DNA of 64,000 nt from Perkinsela sp. CCAP 1560/9 (taxonomy: Eukaryota > Protista > Euglenozoa: Kinetoplastea): contig CBFFSA010000017.1 of the NCBI GenBank assembly GCA_965644495.1, forward strand, positions 62,001 to 126,000, written 5' to 3'. This document shows positions 1 through 12,356 of the stretch, piece by piece. Made by a program: the position numbers and the translations under genes. The notes below the pieces were generated by a model that ran no database searches, was not told the DNA's origin, and saw nothing but the letters and a program-made list of their open reading frames with translations. How positions within the stretch are numbered: the first letter of the stretch is position 1; each line of letters begins with the position of its first letter.

Positions 1-305
1 CTGGCTGCAGTCAACTGCAAAGTTGGTACCGTCACATCTTTTTAGGCTAGCGGTATTACCGAGATTAGGAATGCCCCTCCAATCGTCAATGAAAGAAATT
101 CGATGCCCCGGATGCCAAACTGAACTCAACCAACATTCGGTTCTGACCCATCTACCAGGATGCACTCAATGCAAGGGAATAAATGCCTCATTCAAACATA
201 ACACCCTGGTTCACTACATACACAAGATGTGTCTAAATGCAGGAATTCCTTGCGAGAAAGAGCCTCGAAGATTCAGCTCAGTTCACTGCACTACATGCCG
301 AGCAC
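1..305 (+). pseudogene. CRE/SLACS-type non-LTR retrotransposon, C-terminal fragment (group A)
   Basis: ORF 23-358 has LAVLPRLG, CPGC...H..C..C, KHN and C-EKEPR, as in the complete group-A ORFs (e.g. 34777-38532); homology ends near 305. Confidence 0.8.
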
Positions 306-316
306 CCAGGGGTGTG

Positions 317-430
317 AACTCTTATGTTATAATTTTGCCGTACGTTGACACTTTTTGATAGCAACTTTAGTGAGATATTGTTAGCCTCCCAGAGAGATAT
401 ACATCCCTCCCTATCGCGAACGGGTGTCCG
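317..430 (-). repeat. Divergent homologue of the YR-element B terminal repeat
   Basis: Minus strand reads CACCCGTTCGCGATAGGGAGGGA vs B repeat CACCCGTTCGCAAGCTGGGAGAGGA (33787); ends ...AGAGTTC vs ...CAATTC. Confidence 0.35.
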
Positions 431-652
431 TTATGAGTAAAGCAGGATAACAATTTTTATTAAGATAACAATTTTTATTAAGATAACTTTTTTTTTGAAA
501 CAAGCAACGGAATGAATTCAATGAATGAGGAAGAGGGGGAATATAGGGTGTCAAAGGAGGAGATAGGAAAGAAGGAGCATCGAATTATGATTTAAGCATT
601 CTAGAAATGCGTTTCGCTTGTGACATGGGTTCGCTTCTCATAAATAAATAAA

Positions 653-769
653 TTTCTTTTTTAGGCTCTTCGTTAAACGCGGTGGTTGCTTTCAACTTAG
701 AAGTCACTCATGCTGCGCGCTTCGCGTTGAAAACTACCGCCGCGTTTAACGAAGAGCCTAAAAAAGAAA
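653..769. repeat. Long inverted repeat (hairpin)
   Basis: 653-682 is the exact reverse complement of 740-769 (30 bp), extending imperfectly to 44-bp arms around a 29-nt loop. Confidence 0.9.
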
Positions 770-1350
770 ATTTAGCCTGGAAAACGGAAAGATTATAGCC
801 AAAAATAGCCGAATTTCGGGTACAAATGGGGTCATTTTCGCATATTTTTGCTGTCAGAGCACTAAATCCGACATTTGCGCGTGGGAAATCACTCGTAGGC
901 ATGAATAAAAGCCTACTGAACGTATTGGGTAGAGAATACGACTCCAACCATACCATTCTTTCGACACAAAAATGCCCCTTTAGGTCCGAAAAATACTTTT
1001 TCACCTTTTCTAGTCAAAAATGGGTCATTTTGAGGGGCGCACCACGGTTCGAAGAAGGGATACCTTGCGAAAACAACTGCGTAGAAAGCTAGTGTAGGTC
1101 CCAAACTATCAAAATACAATAGGGGAAACGATTTTGGAAAAATATTTTTTTTGTCATTTTTTTCGCCAAGTTGAAATTTTTTTCAAAAAATTTTTTCCGA
1201 AAAAATCCGAACTTGGCGGACCCGTCCTGCGGATACGCGGGGGGGTCACCCCCGGGTAGGGGGGTGGAAAATGCGCGCCAAGACCCCGGCTACCCTTTCT
1301 GCGGTTTTTTTTCGAAAACTAATTTTTTCGAAAAAATTTGCTCGACCATG

Positions 1351-1408
1351 CCCCCCCCCCTGGACCCCCCCCCTGGACCCCCCCCTGGACCCCCCCCATG
1401 GACCCCCC
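1351..1408 (+). repeat. (TGGAC(C)n)x4 minisatellite in low-complexity DNA
   Basis: TGGACCCC units at 1361, 1374, 1386 and 1399. Confidence 0.8.
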
Positions 1409-1612
1409 ATTTTTTTCAAATTTTTTTTTCAGTTTTGGACCACCGGAGCCCCCTTTTATATTTTTTTCTTCTATTATATTACTGTGTTCCCCTTTATATT
1501 TTCACTGTTTTTGTTCACTTTTTTTTCAATAATCGAGTGTAGAGCGGTAGTTTTACAACCACCGCAATGAATAAATAAATAAATATTCCAGATAGACGTG
1601 TCCGCTGACTTC

Positions 1613-4372
1613 TTACAACCGAAGTCCTCCCATCCATTTCTCTGTCGGGATGTAGTCTCTGAGTTGAGATACTATCGTGTAAGCTGACATCTTCTCAATC
1701 TCGAGTTGGAACGCATTGCGCACGTTATCATAGTTCAGCTTCGCTCTTTGTGAGAGAGCCTTTAATAGGGCCTTTGTATCAACATGTAGCAGGCCGCAAT
1801 CTGTTGCGGCCAGACATTTGAATGAATCGCTGTCGACGCCTTTCTCAACCACATATTTCTTGTACTTTCTGTCGGCGACCTGTTGCATGAGGGCAGAGCT
1901 GGTTTGTTTCGCATAGCTAGTACAGCACGTGTGGACCACTGTAAAATCATAGAGCACCTCACCGATGTGAGGCCACATGATGGCAAGATCTGGGCCGGAA
2001 CGAATGCGGCGGGCTTTGCAAGGATGTTGCTTGGCGACTTCTGCGGAAATCGTGCACTTACATTTTGTGCAGTGGTACGAAGAGTAAATGCGCGGTTCGA
2101 TGACACTAGGAAGGCCTGCTTTTGAGCATAACTCTGCGAGGTAACGGACTATGTGTGAATGCTTGCGGGTAGAGTTCATGCCGGAGCAACGGGAACATCC
2201 AGCAACGTGGGGAAGGATGGTTGAAGGAGATTCTTGATTCGAACATCCAGGGAAAATCATTTTGGCCGGTGCTTTTGACACGCCGATTCCCAAGCGCATC
2301 ATGAGCGTGTATCTAAAAAGATACGGGTTAACGTAGTTACTTGTATGTTCGAGGTGAAAATTAGCTTCCTTGGTGCGCTTCAAGATATTTGTTAAGGTTG
2401 AGTCTTTTTGCACTTCAATTAATTGCTTGTCATGCGCTTGGCTCAAGTTCTTTTTAAGAAATTTGCGGGCCTTTTCCGCGCGGCTCTGAGATTTAGCTTT
2501 GACCTTGCCGCTGCCCTCTGAATCTACCGGAGCGTTATTGGGTTCAAATTGCTCTTCAATAGATTCTCGGGCCGCTGCGAAGTAATATTGTTGTTTCAGA
2601 GTGCAAGAAATCAAGCCTAAACCTCCTAGTTTTTGCGGGAGCGCTGCAAGCTTGAGTGCCTGGACATCGGCGCCACACCATTTCTGCAGGACCTCGTGTA
2701 TGTGCTGCTCGAAAGATTGGGCTAGGTAAAGAGTAGCCTCCGGGCGGTGAACTCTTAAATGGTAGTCTTGGCGTGGAATTGTACAACGGCGCAAAATCGC
2801 CAGAGAGAGGTTACTCGGGCCCATGAGAAGAAGGCGACGAAATAGGCATTTGTGCTTGTTCAATTTGCGCAGGAGAAGATCTTCTACCACATTGTCTTTG
2901 CCGATATAGGCTCCTAGGATCTTTATCGACTCGGTGCAAAGATTAACGCCTAAGTTTTCTAATGAAAAGGGTTCGCATGACGCACATTTCTGAAAGAATT
3001 CACATTTTTGAAAGTTAACGCATAGATTGAGCTCGGCTGTGGTTTCGCGTAAGTGCAGGAACGCCGCTTCGAGTGATCGCACGTTGGTGGAACTGAGAGT
3101 CACGTCGTCTTGGTAGGCTCTTATTTTGACGTCAGGGTATAGGCTTAGGACTTCTCGAAGAGGACCTTGTAAGAGTGCACAGAAGTACGTGGAGGATAGG
3201 GATGATCCCTGGCGAATTCCTGAAGAGCTTTCTATGGTTGCAAAAAGGGCATTGTGGGCGAAAAACAGTAGTTCAGATGGCAGGCCGTATTCCAGATAAA
3301 ACATGCGCATGAAAGGTTTAAACACGGGATTATCTAGTAGTGCCTGGGTTATAGCGTCACGACGTGGAGTGTTATACGCATTGCTGAAGTCAACCGTAAT
3401 CAATGCGTGTCCATTCTCGTATTCACTTAGTAGTTCGTGCACTATTGATTCACACGCGTTCTTGTGGAGTACACCTCGTTGGATGGGCGCAAAGTACTTT
3501 CGCAGTGCGGCTTCATGTCGCTGAAGTAAAATAGACCCGCAGATTTTGAGGATCGTGTCCCCCATGGCTACCGGGCGTATACCATTTCGTGGCTTCGTAA
3601 GAGCAATAATTCGGCATCGAGTAAGACGCTTCCGCACGCTTGACGGTATTTCACCATTGATAACATCTCGAACCATGTGACACAATGACAGGCACGTTTC
3701 TTCATCGTCAACTAGCAAACGCATCATACTTTCGCTAAGTCCGCTTGGTCCTGGAGAGGCCCCTCGCGCAAGTTTTTCGACCGCAAGACGGACTTCCGAT
3801 TTCTCTACAATGCCGATTCGTGAAAAGTCAGCTTCCGGGATTTGTATGTTAGGTCCTTCCGGATGCAATGTGCGAAGTTTTTGTACCTTTTCATCTGCTG
3901 TGAGAGCGGACTCCTTGTAGACGTTGTCCAGAATTCGAGTAGCTTTCCCTACGTTTCCGGCGCTGGCGGTCACTGAAGCATTTCTAATCGAGCGACGGTC
4001 GATTCCTAGTTCCTCTCTCTGTTGGGCGCTCAGATTTTCGCCCTCTGATTGGTCCGTACGCTTGATTATATGTCCTATGCGTTGATTTTGCCGTGAGAGT
4101 TGGCGAATGGTTGCGAGCGAGTCCCTTGGGGCGTTCAGGAATTTGTGCCAAACTGCAGTTTTCTCGGAAACAAGTTCTACAGCTGGATACCCACGAAGTA
4201 TTGCACGAAAGATTGCGACTACATGGACTGAAAATGATGAATCAATGGGCGTCATCGGGGGCAATGGCTCGAGATCTCCTTGACCATCTTCATTCGATAC
4301 GTTCTCAGCTTGTTCTTCTAAGTTCCGCGTGATGGCTTCGATTTTAATCAGCTTCGTGGCTCGTATGGAAAG
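1613..4372 (-). mobile_element. 5'-truncated CRE-type retrotransposon (group A, YQDD subfamily): RT plus RLE
   Basis: ORF 1613-4264, frame open to about 4372: ASPGPSG, IRPVAMG, VDFSNAYN, GIRQGS, YQDD, KLGGLG, RKH, EPR, RSGPDL, YDFTVVH. Confidence 0.9.
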
Positions 4373-4399
4373 CCACGAAGGTGGCTCGTATGGAAAGAA

Positions 4400-5156
4400 T
4401 CATCAGGAAAGCCACGAACTGGTCCGCGCATCGCCGGCGGACACGTTCTTTGATTGTGAATCGACTCCGTCCGGAGAGGACATATCAACATTTTTCCGAC
4501 TGGTAGTCAGGCTAGTCTGGCTACAACGACGATGTCCCCTGGGAACTCGAGCACGGGAGTATCAGTCACGACGATTGCAAACCGTGATAACGACGAAGTA
4601 GAAACGCACGGCATATCAGCAAATCGTGATAACGACAAAGTGGAAACGCACGGCATATCTTGTAACAGACCCAGCGAAGTAACTTTCGTTGGATCCAATG
4701 AGGCCAATGCGCATTCCGAGGCGCTAAACTTGCTCCAATCCACCACACCGATATCACAGTTCCCTCTACCTCCTGGACTAATATGGAGTAAGTCGCGCAT
4801 GATCAAAGCGGGGACCTTGTGTACTGTCGCTTGGACTTTCGCAAGGCAAGTGACATTAAACATTTCGCTCGGAAAAGTAACACGCGTGAACAATCGAAAT
4901 TCGGAAAACAATGGAAAGATATTCGTAAAATATCAAGGCATTCACGGACACAAGGCTGGAGATGAGTTCAACGTATTTTTGCCTCCACAACCGGAAGTTC
5001 GCATTTACAAAGTCCTATGGCATTGATCGCCACCACCGATCGACGACATAGAGCCACATCCTTCAGAAGATGTTGATTACCGATGCAGCATTGGGGTGGC
5101 CTCACCGGACTCAGAAGCTGACGTGGACCACCTACCTATCCCAACAGCTCGTATCT
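4400..5156 (+). pseudogene. N-terminal fragment of a group-A CRE element (in-frame TGA at 5024; 42-bp tandem repeat at 4578-4659)
   Basis: GTLCTVAWTF...YQGIHGH...PPQPEVRIYKVLW aligns with GDRCLVAWSF...YEGIIGH...PPHSNVRIFRLLW of ORF 34777; DVDHLPIP is shared with the 45xxx element. Confidence 0.75.
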
Positions 5157-5356
5157 NNNNNNNNNNNNNNNNNNNNNNNNNNNNNNNNNNNNNNNNNNNN
5201 NNNNNNNNNNNNNNNNNNNNNNNNNNNNNNNNNNNNNNNNNNNNNNNNNNNNNNNNNNNNNNNNNNNNNNNNNNNNNNNNNNNNNNNNNNNNNNNNNNNN
5301 NNNNNNNNNNNNNNNNNNNNNNNNNNNNNNNNNNNNNNNNNNNNNNNNNNNNNNNN
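5157..5356. other. Assembly gap (200 N)
   Basis: Run of N. Confidence 1.
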
Positions 5357-8150
5357 TTCTGTGAGATTTTCCTCGGTTACACTATTCTGGCATCCGGAGC
5401 ACTGAAATGAAGAAAATTGCCGAGCTTCTTTTTCACAGGTGAGGCCGCTCTTCAAGCAAAGCTCATAGATGTACCGAACTAAGGCGTGGTGTTTGGTTGT
5501 CACATTTACTCCTGCACATTTTGCGCACCCAGGGATATGATTTAGTATGGTAGATGACGTAAGGAGACTTTTGCACCCAGGGCATTGAACATCGTCCGGG
5601 ATTTGTGGGTGGTGTAGTGCGAATCTCGGCATAATCGATAATTTGAATGCTGAACTAGGCACTAGACGAGCTTTGGATGTGAGCCAAGCGTATTGACCCT
5701 TGTGAGACGCTAGTTTGATGATGGGCGCAAGTGTTTTTTCCTCTATTAAGGCTTGACGGACCTTGTTGTGGTATTTTGCTTCACTAGCTTGCTCATCGAA
5801 ATTGATGTAGGGGTCGCGAGAATCACCATCAACCGGAGTTGGCGCATTCATCGTTTGGGTTGCCCGAGCTGAAGAGGGTTTTCGATGCTCAAGAGCAGCA
5901 AATTTTGAAGCGCTGTACGAAGATTCACGTAGTGGTTCGATGGGGGTGATTCCCAGTCCACCCTTGCGCGTCGGTAGCCAAGATATCTGTCGGTCCGTGA
6001 GGTTGCCTAGCCAAGCCTTGAGGGTTTTATTTACTTCTGCGTCGAAATTAGAGGCCATATCCAGAGTTTGTTGTGGATCATGTACCCGAATGTGGTAACG
6101 GTGTCTGATGTTTACGCACTTTGATAGTAGTAGAGTGGACACATTGTTGATCCCCATTTTTTTTAGTCTACGAAATGCTGATTGGTGCTTCTGTAGAATC
6201 TCACAAAGTTTCTGACTGATACAATCTGGATCACCAATGTATGCGCCAAGAATTTTTATGATTTCAAACTCACATCTTATGCCTTGATCGTGTAGTAAAT
6301 CAGGAAGCTGTATCTTATTCTTCCCTCCGAACCAGACACATTTCGTAGGCGCAACTTCTAAGCTGTTCGCCGTCAGGAGTGCACGTAACCGGTCGAAGGC
6401 TTTCGCCAGGAGGGTACTGTTTGCTGAGGCCAAGTTGATGTCATCAATGAAGGCAAAGATTTTGATTCCAGGAAATTCTTCTGCCAGCGTCTCGAGTATT
6501 GGTTGCATCAAAGCGCAAAAGTAGAGCGTCGAGAGAGGGGAGCCTTGACGCACGCCAGAGGAACTTTGCACCACTCCTGCCAATTTCCCGTCTGCGCCGT
6601 AGAAAATAAGCTCGGATGGATCTGCGTACTCAGCTGTGAACATCCTTCTGAAAGGTCTCAGTGTGGAAAAACCGAAAACACATCTTGATATGTCGTCGCG
6701 GGACGGCGAGTTAAATGCGTTACGGAGGTCTACCGAAAGAATCGCATGCCCTAAGCGATGTAAGTCAGTTAATTCGTGTATTACTTTTTCGCAACCGCTC
6801 TTCATCATTACCCCGTATTGGTATGGCGCGAACAGTGGGGGTAAAGACTTTTCATAGCGCTGAAGAAGAAGTATTTCCGCGAGTTTCAAGATTACCTCAC
6901 CCATTGCAATCGGTCTGACACCATTGTCCGGTTTCGGAAGCGCTAGGAGCCTGGCTCGTTTAATTCGGTGCATGATATCTTTGGACAGATTTCCATTTAC
7001 CAAATCCCTCATCATGTGGCAGAGGCATGAGCAACAGATCTCGTCATCGAGAAGAATGCGTAGGATACCGTCCGTCATGCCAGAAGGACCTGGAGCAGCC
7101 CCCTTTGCCAGACGTCTGCCTGCTTCTCGCAATTCAACGGATGTGACACATGCGATAGCGGGTGCATCGGTGGGGGGTTGGAAACTGCACGGCAATTGTG
7201 GGTGAAGAGCCTCTAACTTTGCAAGAGTTTCAGCGTCGGATAATCGACCTTTTCTTACCTCTATGTCCAGAACCTTTGTTGCTTTGGAGGTGCAACCCTT
7301 CAAAGCAAGACGGATAGCTTTTTTTGCCGCACGTATATCTGCCTTTTCGAGGTTTTCCTCTGCAGGTGAACACTGCAGGCTTGTTGACTTGTTGACTTTT
7401 CTTATTCTGACAACCTTCACTTTTATGTACCTGGGCGCTGGGGCGCCGCAAGCGACGATCGGAGTGCGCGGAGGATTTCGAGGAAGTAGAGTGCCTTCGG
7501 ACACGTCAACGTGGGAATTGTTCGACGAAATCCATGGAGTTGTTGCACAATTTGTGTGGATCGGTCATTGGAATGACATCAAGTTTATGTTTCTTTCGAG
7601 CGCCAAAAGTCCTTTTCTGCTCAGGAAACAGAATGCGTTGGTGTATTCTCGGGGGGCAGGTTCGCATATCTCGGCAACGGATGTGTCGCAAATAGTTCTT
7701 GAGCCTTTAAAATCTCTTTCTGCTCGGACCATGTGCCAAATCATTCTTTGCGGGTTCTTTGCGCTATGATTTCAACGGATGTCGAAGTGCCGAGGGACAA
7801 GTCGACGTGCGTGACGACAGGTACAATTCGTAAAGCTGCTGCGCAGAGTTTGCGTATTGGACGTTGGGTTAACATCATGTTTGCGTTTCTTTCGAGCGCC
7901 AAAAATCCTTTTCTGCTCAGGAAACGAAAATCGGTGTATTCTCGATGGACCGGACCGCATCTCTCGGCAGTGGATTTGCAGATAGTTCTTGAGCCTCTAA
8001 AATCTCTTTCTGCTCGGACCATTTGTGAATTCGCTCGTGAGGTTTTCTGCGCCACGACTTCAACGGATGACAACCAGCAGCGACATTCGGGCAACCCAAT
8101 TCCTCGCGATTTGAAAAGTGAGTGAAGAAAGTCAGAATCCCCGTTAGGGG
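5357..8150 (-). mobile_element. Group-A CRE element running into the gap; 5' part has a roughly 150-bp diverged direct repeat (7578-7733 / 7873-8022)
   Basis: ORF to 7504: APGPSG, VRPIAMGE, VDLRNAFN, GVRQGSPLS, FIDD, CPGC, KHH; near-identical to the plus-strand copy 12357-16000; 5' boundary approximate. Confidence 0.85.
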
Positions 8151-8164
8151 GATACGGAGAGATG

Positions 8165-8745
8165 GGATAGAAGAAGCCTTTTAGAGATGCCTCGTGGCGT
8201 TGCAACAGAATGGAACCGCATATTTTTAGCACTGTATCACCCATCGCGATTGGTCGTATGCCGTTTTGTGGTTTCGCAAGGGCAATAATTCTACATCGAG
8301 TTAATCTGTTGCGTACCGATGCGCATACATCACCATTGATGACGTCCCTGAGCATGTGACATAGCGCGGTACAGGATTCGTTGTCGTCGGCTAATAGGCG
8401 GAGGATATTCTCACCGAGGCCTGTCGGCCCCGGGGCCGCTCCAAGACCACCTTCCTTCACCGGTAACCGAGCCAACGCTTTTTGGTGTATGTCCAGCGGT
8501 CCGAACCAAGTATTTAAAACGTCATCTACCTGTTGATCGAACTGCTTAGTAAGTTCAAAACATTCTTGCGGCCGATGTACCCGGATGTGATATCTATGAC
8601 GAACATTCACGCATCTCGCAAGCAACAAGAGTGAAATATTATTGGGACCCATTGCTTTGAGACGTCGAAAGATGGCTTCATGTTTCTTTAACTTTTCAAG
8701 GAGTAAACTGCTCACTTTGTTGGTTTCCCCGACGAAAGCATCATA
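8165..8745 (-). pseudogene. Two CRE RT fragments joined out of order
   Basis: AFVGETNKVSS...EGGLG (late RT, 8440-8740) followed by AAPGPTG...RHEASL (early RT, 8170-8440). Confidence 0.75.
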
Positions 8746-10803
8746 TATGCTGTCCATATATGCTCGGATCCTGACTTCAGGAAAAAGATCGGCTACTTCA
8801 GCTAGGATGGGATGTATTAAGCTACAAAAGTAGAGAGATGAGAGCGCTGAACCTTGTCGTACCCCAGATGTGCTTTTGATTGTTGAATAGAGTGTGTTGT
8901 CAGCAAAGAAAAGAAGATCAGATGGCTCGGAGTACTCTAGGAAAAAGAGGCGCATAAATGGTCTGAAAACATCATGCTTTTGAAGAGTTTCTGCAATGGC
9001 GATTCTGTTTGGTGTGTTGAATGCGTTAGTGTAATCGACTGTGACGATCTTGTGGTCTGCCTCGTATTCTTCTATCAGTTCGTGCACAATTTGCTCACAC
9101 GCATTCTTTTGTAGTATGCCTCGTTGGAAGGTTTGAAAGTGCTTTTTAAGCGCGTCTTCATGTCGTTGCAAAAGAATGATGCCACACACTTTAAGGATGG
9201 TCTCTCCTATAGCGATCGGGCGCAGTTTATTTATTTGTTTGGGCAAAGCTACTAATCTGCATCTTGTGAGTCGATCACGCACCGAGTTTGGAATGTCGCC
9301 ATTGATCACGTCGCGAAACATGTGGCATAAGCAAATGCTGCATTCTTCATCGTCGGCGAGAAGTCGCAACATCGATTCGCTGAAACCTGTAGGTCCGGGG
9401 GAAGCACCCTTTGCCAATTTGCTGGCCGCTAAGAGGAGTTCGGCTCGTTCAACAATTCCAATGCGCGGAAAGTCAACACTCATCGGCATTTGAGGCGTTT
9501 TCCCGGAAGGATGGAGACTTTTTAGAAGAGAAACTTTTTCTTCGACAGTCAGGGGTGATTGTTTGTGGACGTTATCGAGAATACGCGTTGCTTTGCCTAG
9601 GTTTCCTGCTTTTGCCGTTCGTAAAGCATTGCGGATCGCTCGGCGGTCAGTTTCTAACTCTTCTTGTTCTTCTTGGCTGAGCTTGTCGACGTTGTATTCA
9701 TATTTACTTTTACTTTTCGGCGCGTGAGTCGTGGCTCGTGTTCGCATTAGCATTTTCCTCACAGTGGTCAAAGCATCTCTCGGAGCATTTAGGAACCTGT
9801 GCCATAGGGTTTCTTTTTCGGACAGAAGTTGTAAACGAGGATATTCGCGAATTGTCTCTCTGAAAATTGAAACCACATGTACAGCAAAGGACGGTTCTAT
9901 TTGAGCTAGCGGTGGAAGTGGTTCCATGTCTCTGTGCGTGTCGGATTCCTTCGTCGTCTCTGACATGCTCTCCGGAAAATTTAGCGTGTTTACTCCTTTG
10001 CTTGGTATTCGATTTATCTTCGTAGCACAGATTTGAAAGACTCGCACTTTGTCAGACTGTGGAAGAAAGAGGTTTCCTTGGGGTCCGGTTTGTCCTTCAG
10101 CAGGGGAGTACGCAATCTTTATACGAACCTGACCTTTCCTTGAGACGCGGGACACTCCTTCGCCGACAGAATAAAAAATTTCTTCTCCGTAGCGGAAGTT
10201 CCAAAGGATCTCGCATTGAGTACCGCGGCCCCATTCTGATACAATGTCTTGAACTTGGTCTGGCGCTTTCAAACTTCGTGTGCGTGCCAGCTCACTCATA
10301 CACAGATCGTCGGATGACATTGTTTCAGATGAGGTACTTAGGCCATCGGTGTCCGCTGACATGTCGTCTTCATTTTGCGGCGCATTTTCAGTTATTTGGG
10401 GAGACTTCGATGGCATATCTGAGCTTGTTTGATCCGAAGGTCGTGAGTCTCCGATGATAACTTTGATTTTCCGTGGTTTTCTTTGTCGTGATTCTTGTCT
10501 TGTGATGCATTCTCGCGGTTCGATGTTCATTTCGTCTGAATTTGTGGAGTTGTCGTGAATGTCGCTGATTTTGTCCATAATCTCGTTTAGACCTTTGCCC
10601 TTTAGACTACCTACTTTTCCTTTCCATTTCTTCGACACTTGAGGTAGAATTGGTGTAGGGTAGTGTATTTCGTTCCAGTCGCTCTGTGGGTCGATATTGG
10701 ATTCGTTGGTCGAGCGCTGCTTTGCAAGTTTGGAGCGCGTTAGCACAACCATAAAGTTTTTGTAAAGTTTAACGAAAAAAAAAAAAACAACAAGGTACAG
10801 AAA
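8746..10803 (-). mobile_element. SL-capped, 3'-truncated group-A CRE element; true ATG at 10752 (MVVLTRSK)
   Basis: SL 3' end at 10788-10803, T-rich UTR, then ATG; RT motifs run to IRAYMD, where homology breaks. Confidence 0.85.
10788..10803 (-). other. Spliced-leader exon, 3' 16 nt
   Basis: TTTCTGTACCTTGTTG on the minus strand. Confidence 0.85.
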
Positions 10804-11410
10804 ATTATTGTTACGCCGTAACTTCGCATGAACTCTACAGCTTGATGCAAACGGAAACATTTACGTAGAGCAAACTCGTCTGTGGTTTTACACTTTAAAG
10901 TATCTACATTCATGGTGCTTACTGCAAACCCCTCTCTCATAGCTTTGATCTTGGGTCTCTGCTCTCGGTAGCCACGCCGAAAGCAGGATTTGCGTTTCCG
11001 ATTACGTTTGCGCAAAGATTTTGGAAGCAGTCCAACTCTGCCGCCTAGCACATGTATACGATCATCTCTCGGAGGAAACGTGAGAAGGCGCCCATTCATC
11101 AAGTCGTACTTGACGAGCCAACCAGACCCATCAAGCGATGAGTGAACCACCCCTTCCCAGAGTGTAATACGTTCGTTATAAGCCATACACCAAACAACAG
11201 CCACGCGTTTTCCCACAGCCAAAACCTTTGACATCTGTAAAAGGGCCCGCTGCCGGAGTTTTGTCCCAACCCCCCTCTGCTGTGGAGGCAGAAAAAGGTT
11301 GCCCCGACCACACCTGGCCGTCCGAAGTTTGCCACAGACTTCCAACACACTTTCGAACGGTCCGGAGGCCTCCGCCATTTTGTACCAACGTATTAATACA
11401 AAAAGTGGCG
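10804..11410 (-). pseudogene. 5' fragment of an APE-endonuclease LINE (RTE/Ingi-like); ATG at 11378
   Basis: FAVSTMNVDTL matches APE motif I (TxNVxTL); preceded by a basic stretch and a W/G/Y beta-barrel-like module. Confidence 0.6.
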
Positions 11411-11880
11411 ACGGGAATGCCACTCTGGGATGGAAGGAAACGAAAGCCTACAGCTGCATTGTGTCGCGGAGAATCACTGTTTTTAACACAACTGCGAGTA
11501 AACAGAGCCAAGCTTGTCGGTCATTTGTTGAGACACGATTCCTCGTTTGCCGACGTCATGCTCTGGAACGAAAATGACAAAGCGCGCATAAAGTCTCTGT
11601 CCGAGGCTACAGCAGAAGATTTGGGGATAGATGTTGCAGAAATGTTTGATTTAGCGAAGAACCGTGAGGAATGGAAATTAAAAGTTGAGCGTTTACGGAC
11701 TCGATTAGAACCTACAGCGACCTACAAGTCACACTCGACTCAATCATGTCGTTCAGAAGTTGAAAACATTTTCCGTTCTGAGCGATCAGCTTTGAAAAAT
11801 GGTCTGCACTACAATTCTATGAGGAGGGTCCTGTGAGCTGGCCAGAGAAAGGTCTGCGTCATTTATACTGTGACGGTTCT
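11400..11880 (+). pseudogene. C-terminal fragment of an RTE-like LINE
   Basis: RAKLVGHLLRH...EDLG...LAKNREEWK resembles the RTE C-terminal GHxxR...LAxDRxxW signature. Confidence 0.6.
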
Positions 11881-12355
11881 AATAGTCCACGTTTTGAAAT
11901 TTAGCCGAGGGGCTGTTATGTATTTGCCTGCTGGCCCTTCGGGGCACATAGTTTCTTCGAATTATGATTTGTATTCAGAATTTTACATGGGATGGGTATT
12001 TACTATTATCTTATATATCCTTGTTAGGTTGTTATTTTACTTCGCTTTAAGTTTTTGTGGGCAGGTTGGCCGAGGGTTCCGGTGGGGGGGAATCCCGTTA
12101 ACAACGTGACACATGATTATTGGTTTTATGCAGGCTTTCTTTTGAACTATGTTTGTGCATGTGAATTCTATCTATATTATGTGTTCTTTGATTTTGGGAC
12201 GATTTGGAAGTGTGATTATATTAGTCATAGGTATTTACTTATATTTGTTTGTTACTTATAAGTTTCATGGAGCCCCCTCGGCGTGGATTTCTGTTAGGGG
12301 AAGTAAAGAAGCGCTTTGTGCAGGAATATCGGTTGTGCTCTTTGAGAATGAAAGA
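11881..12355 (+). mobile_element. Non-coding solo terminal unit of a YR retroelement (related to family 2)
   Basis: 11881-11950 and 11957-12059 match the left end of family 2 (53044-53112, 53613-53713); right boundary inferred. Confidence 0.6.
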
Positions 12356-12356
12356 T

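Noticed and set aside
1171-1570. Pro/Phe-rich ORFs here, and Gly-rich ORFs at 16811-17232
   Set aside because: Products of homopolymer and low-complexity DNA
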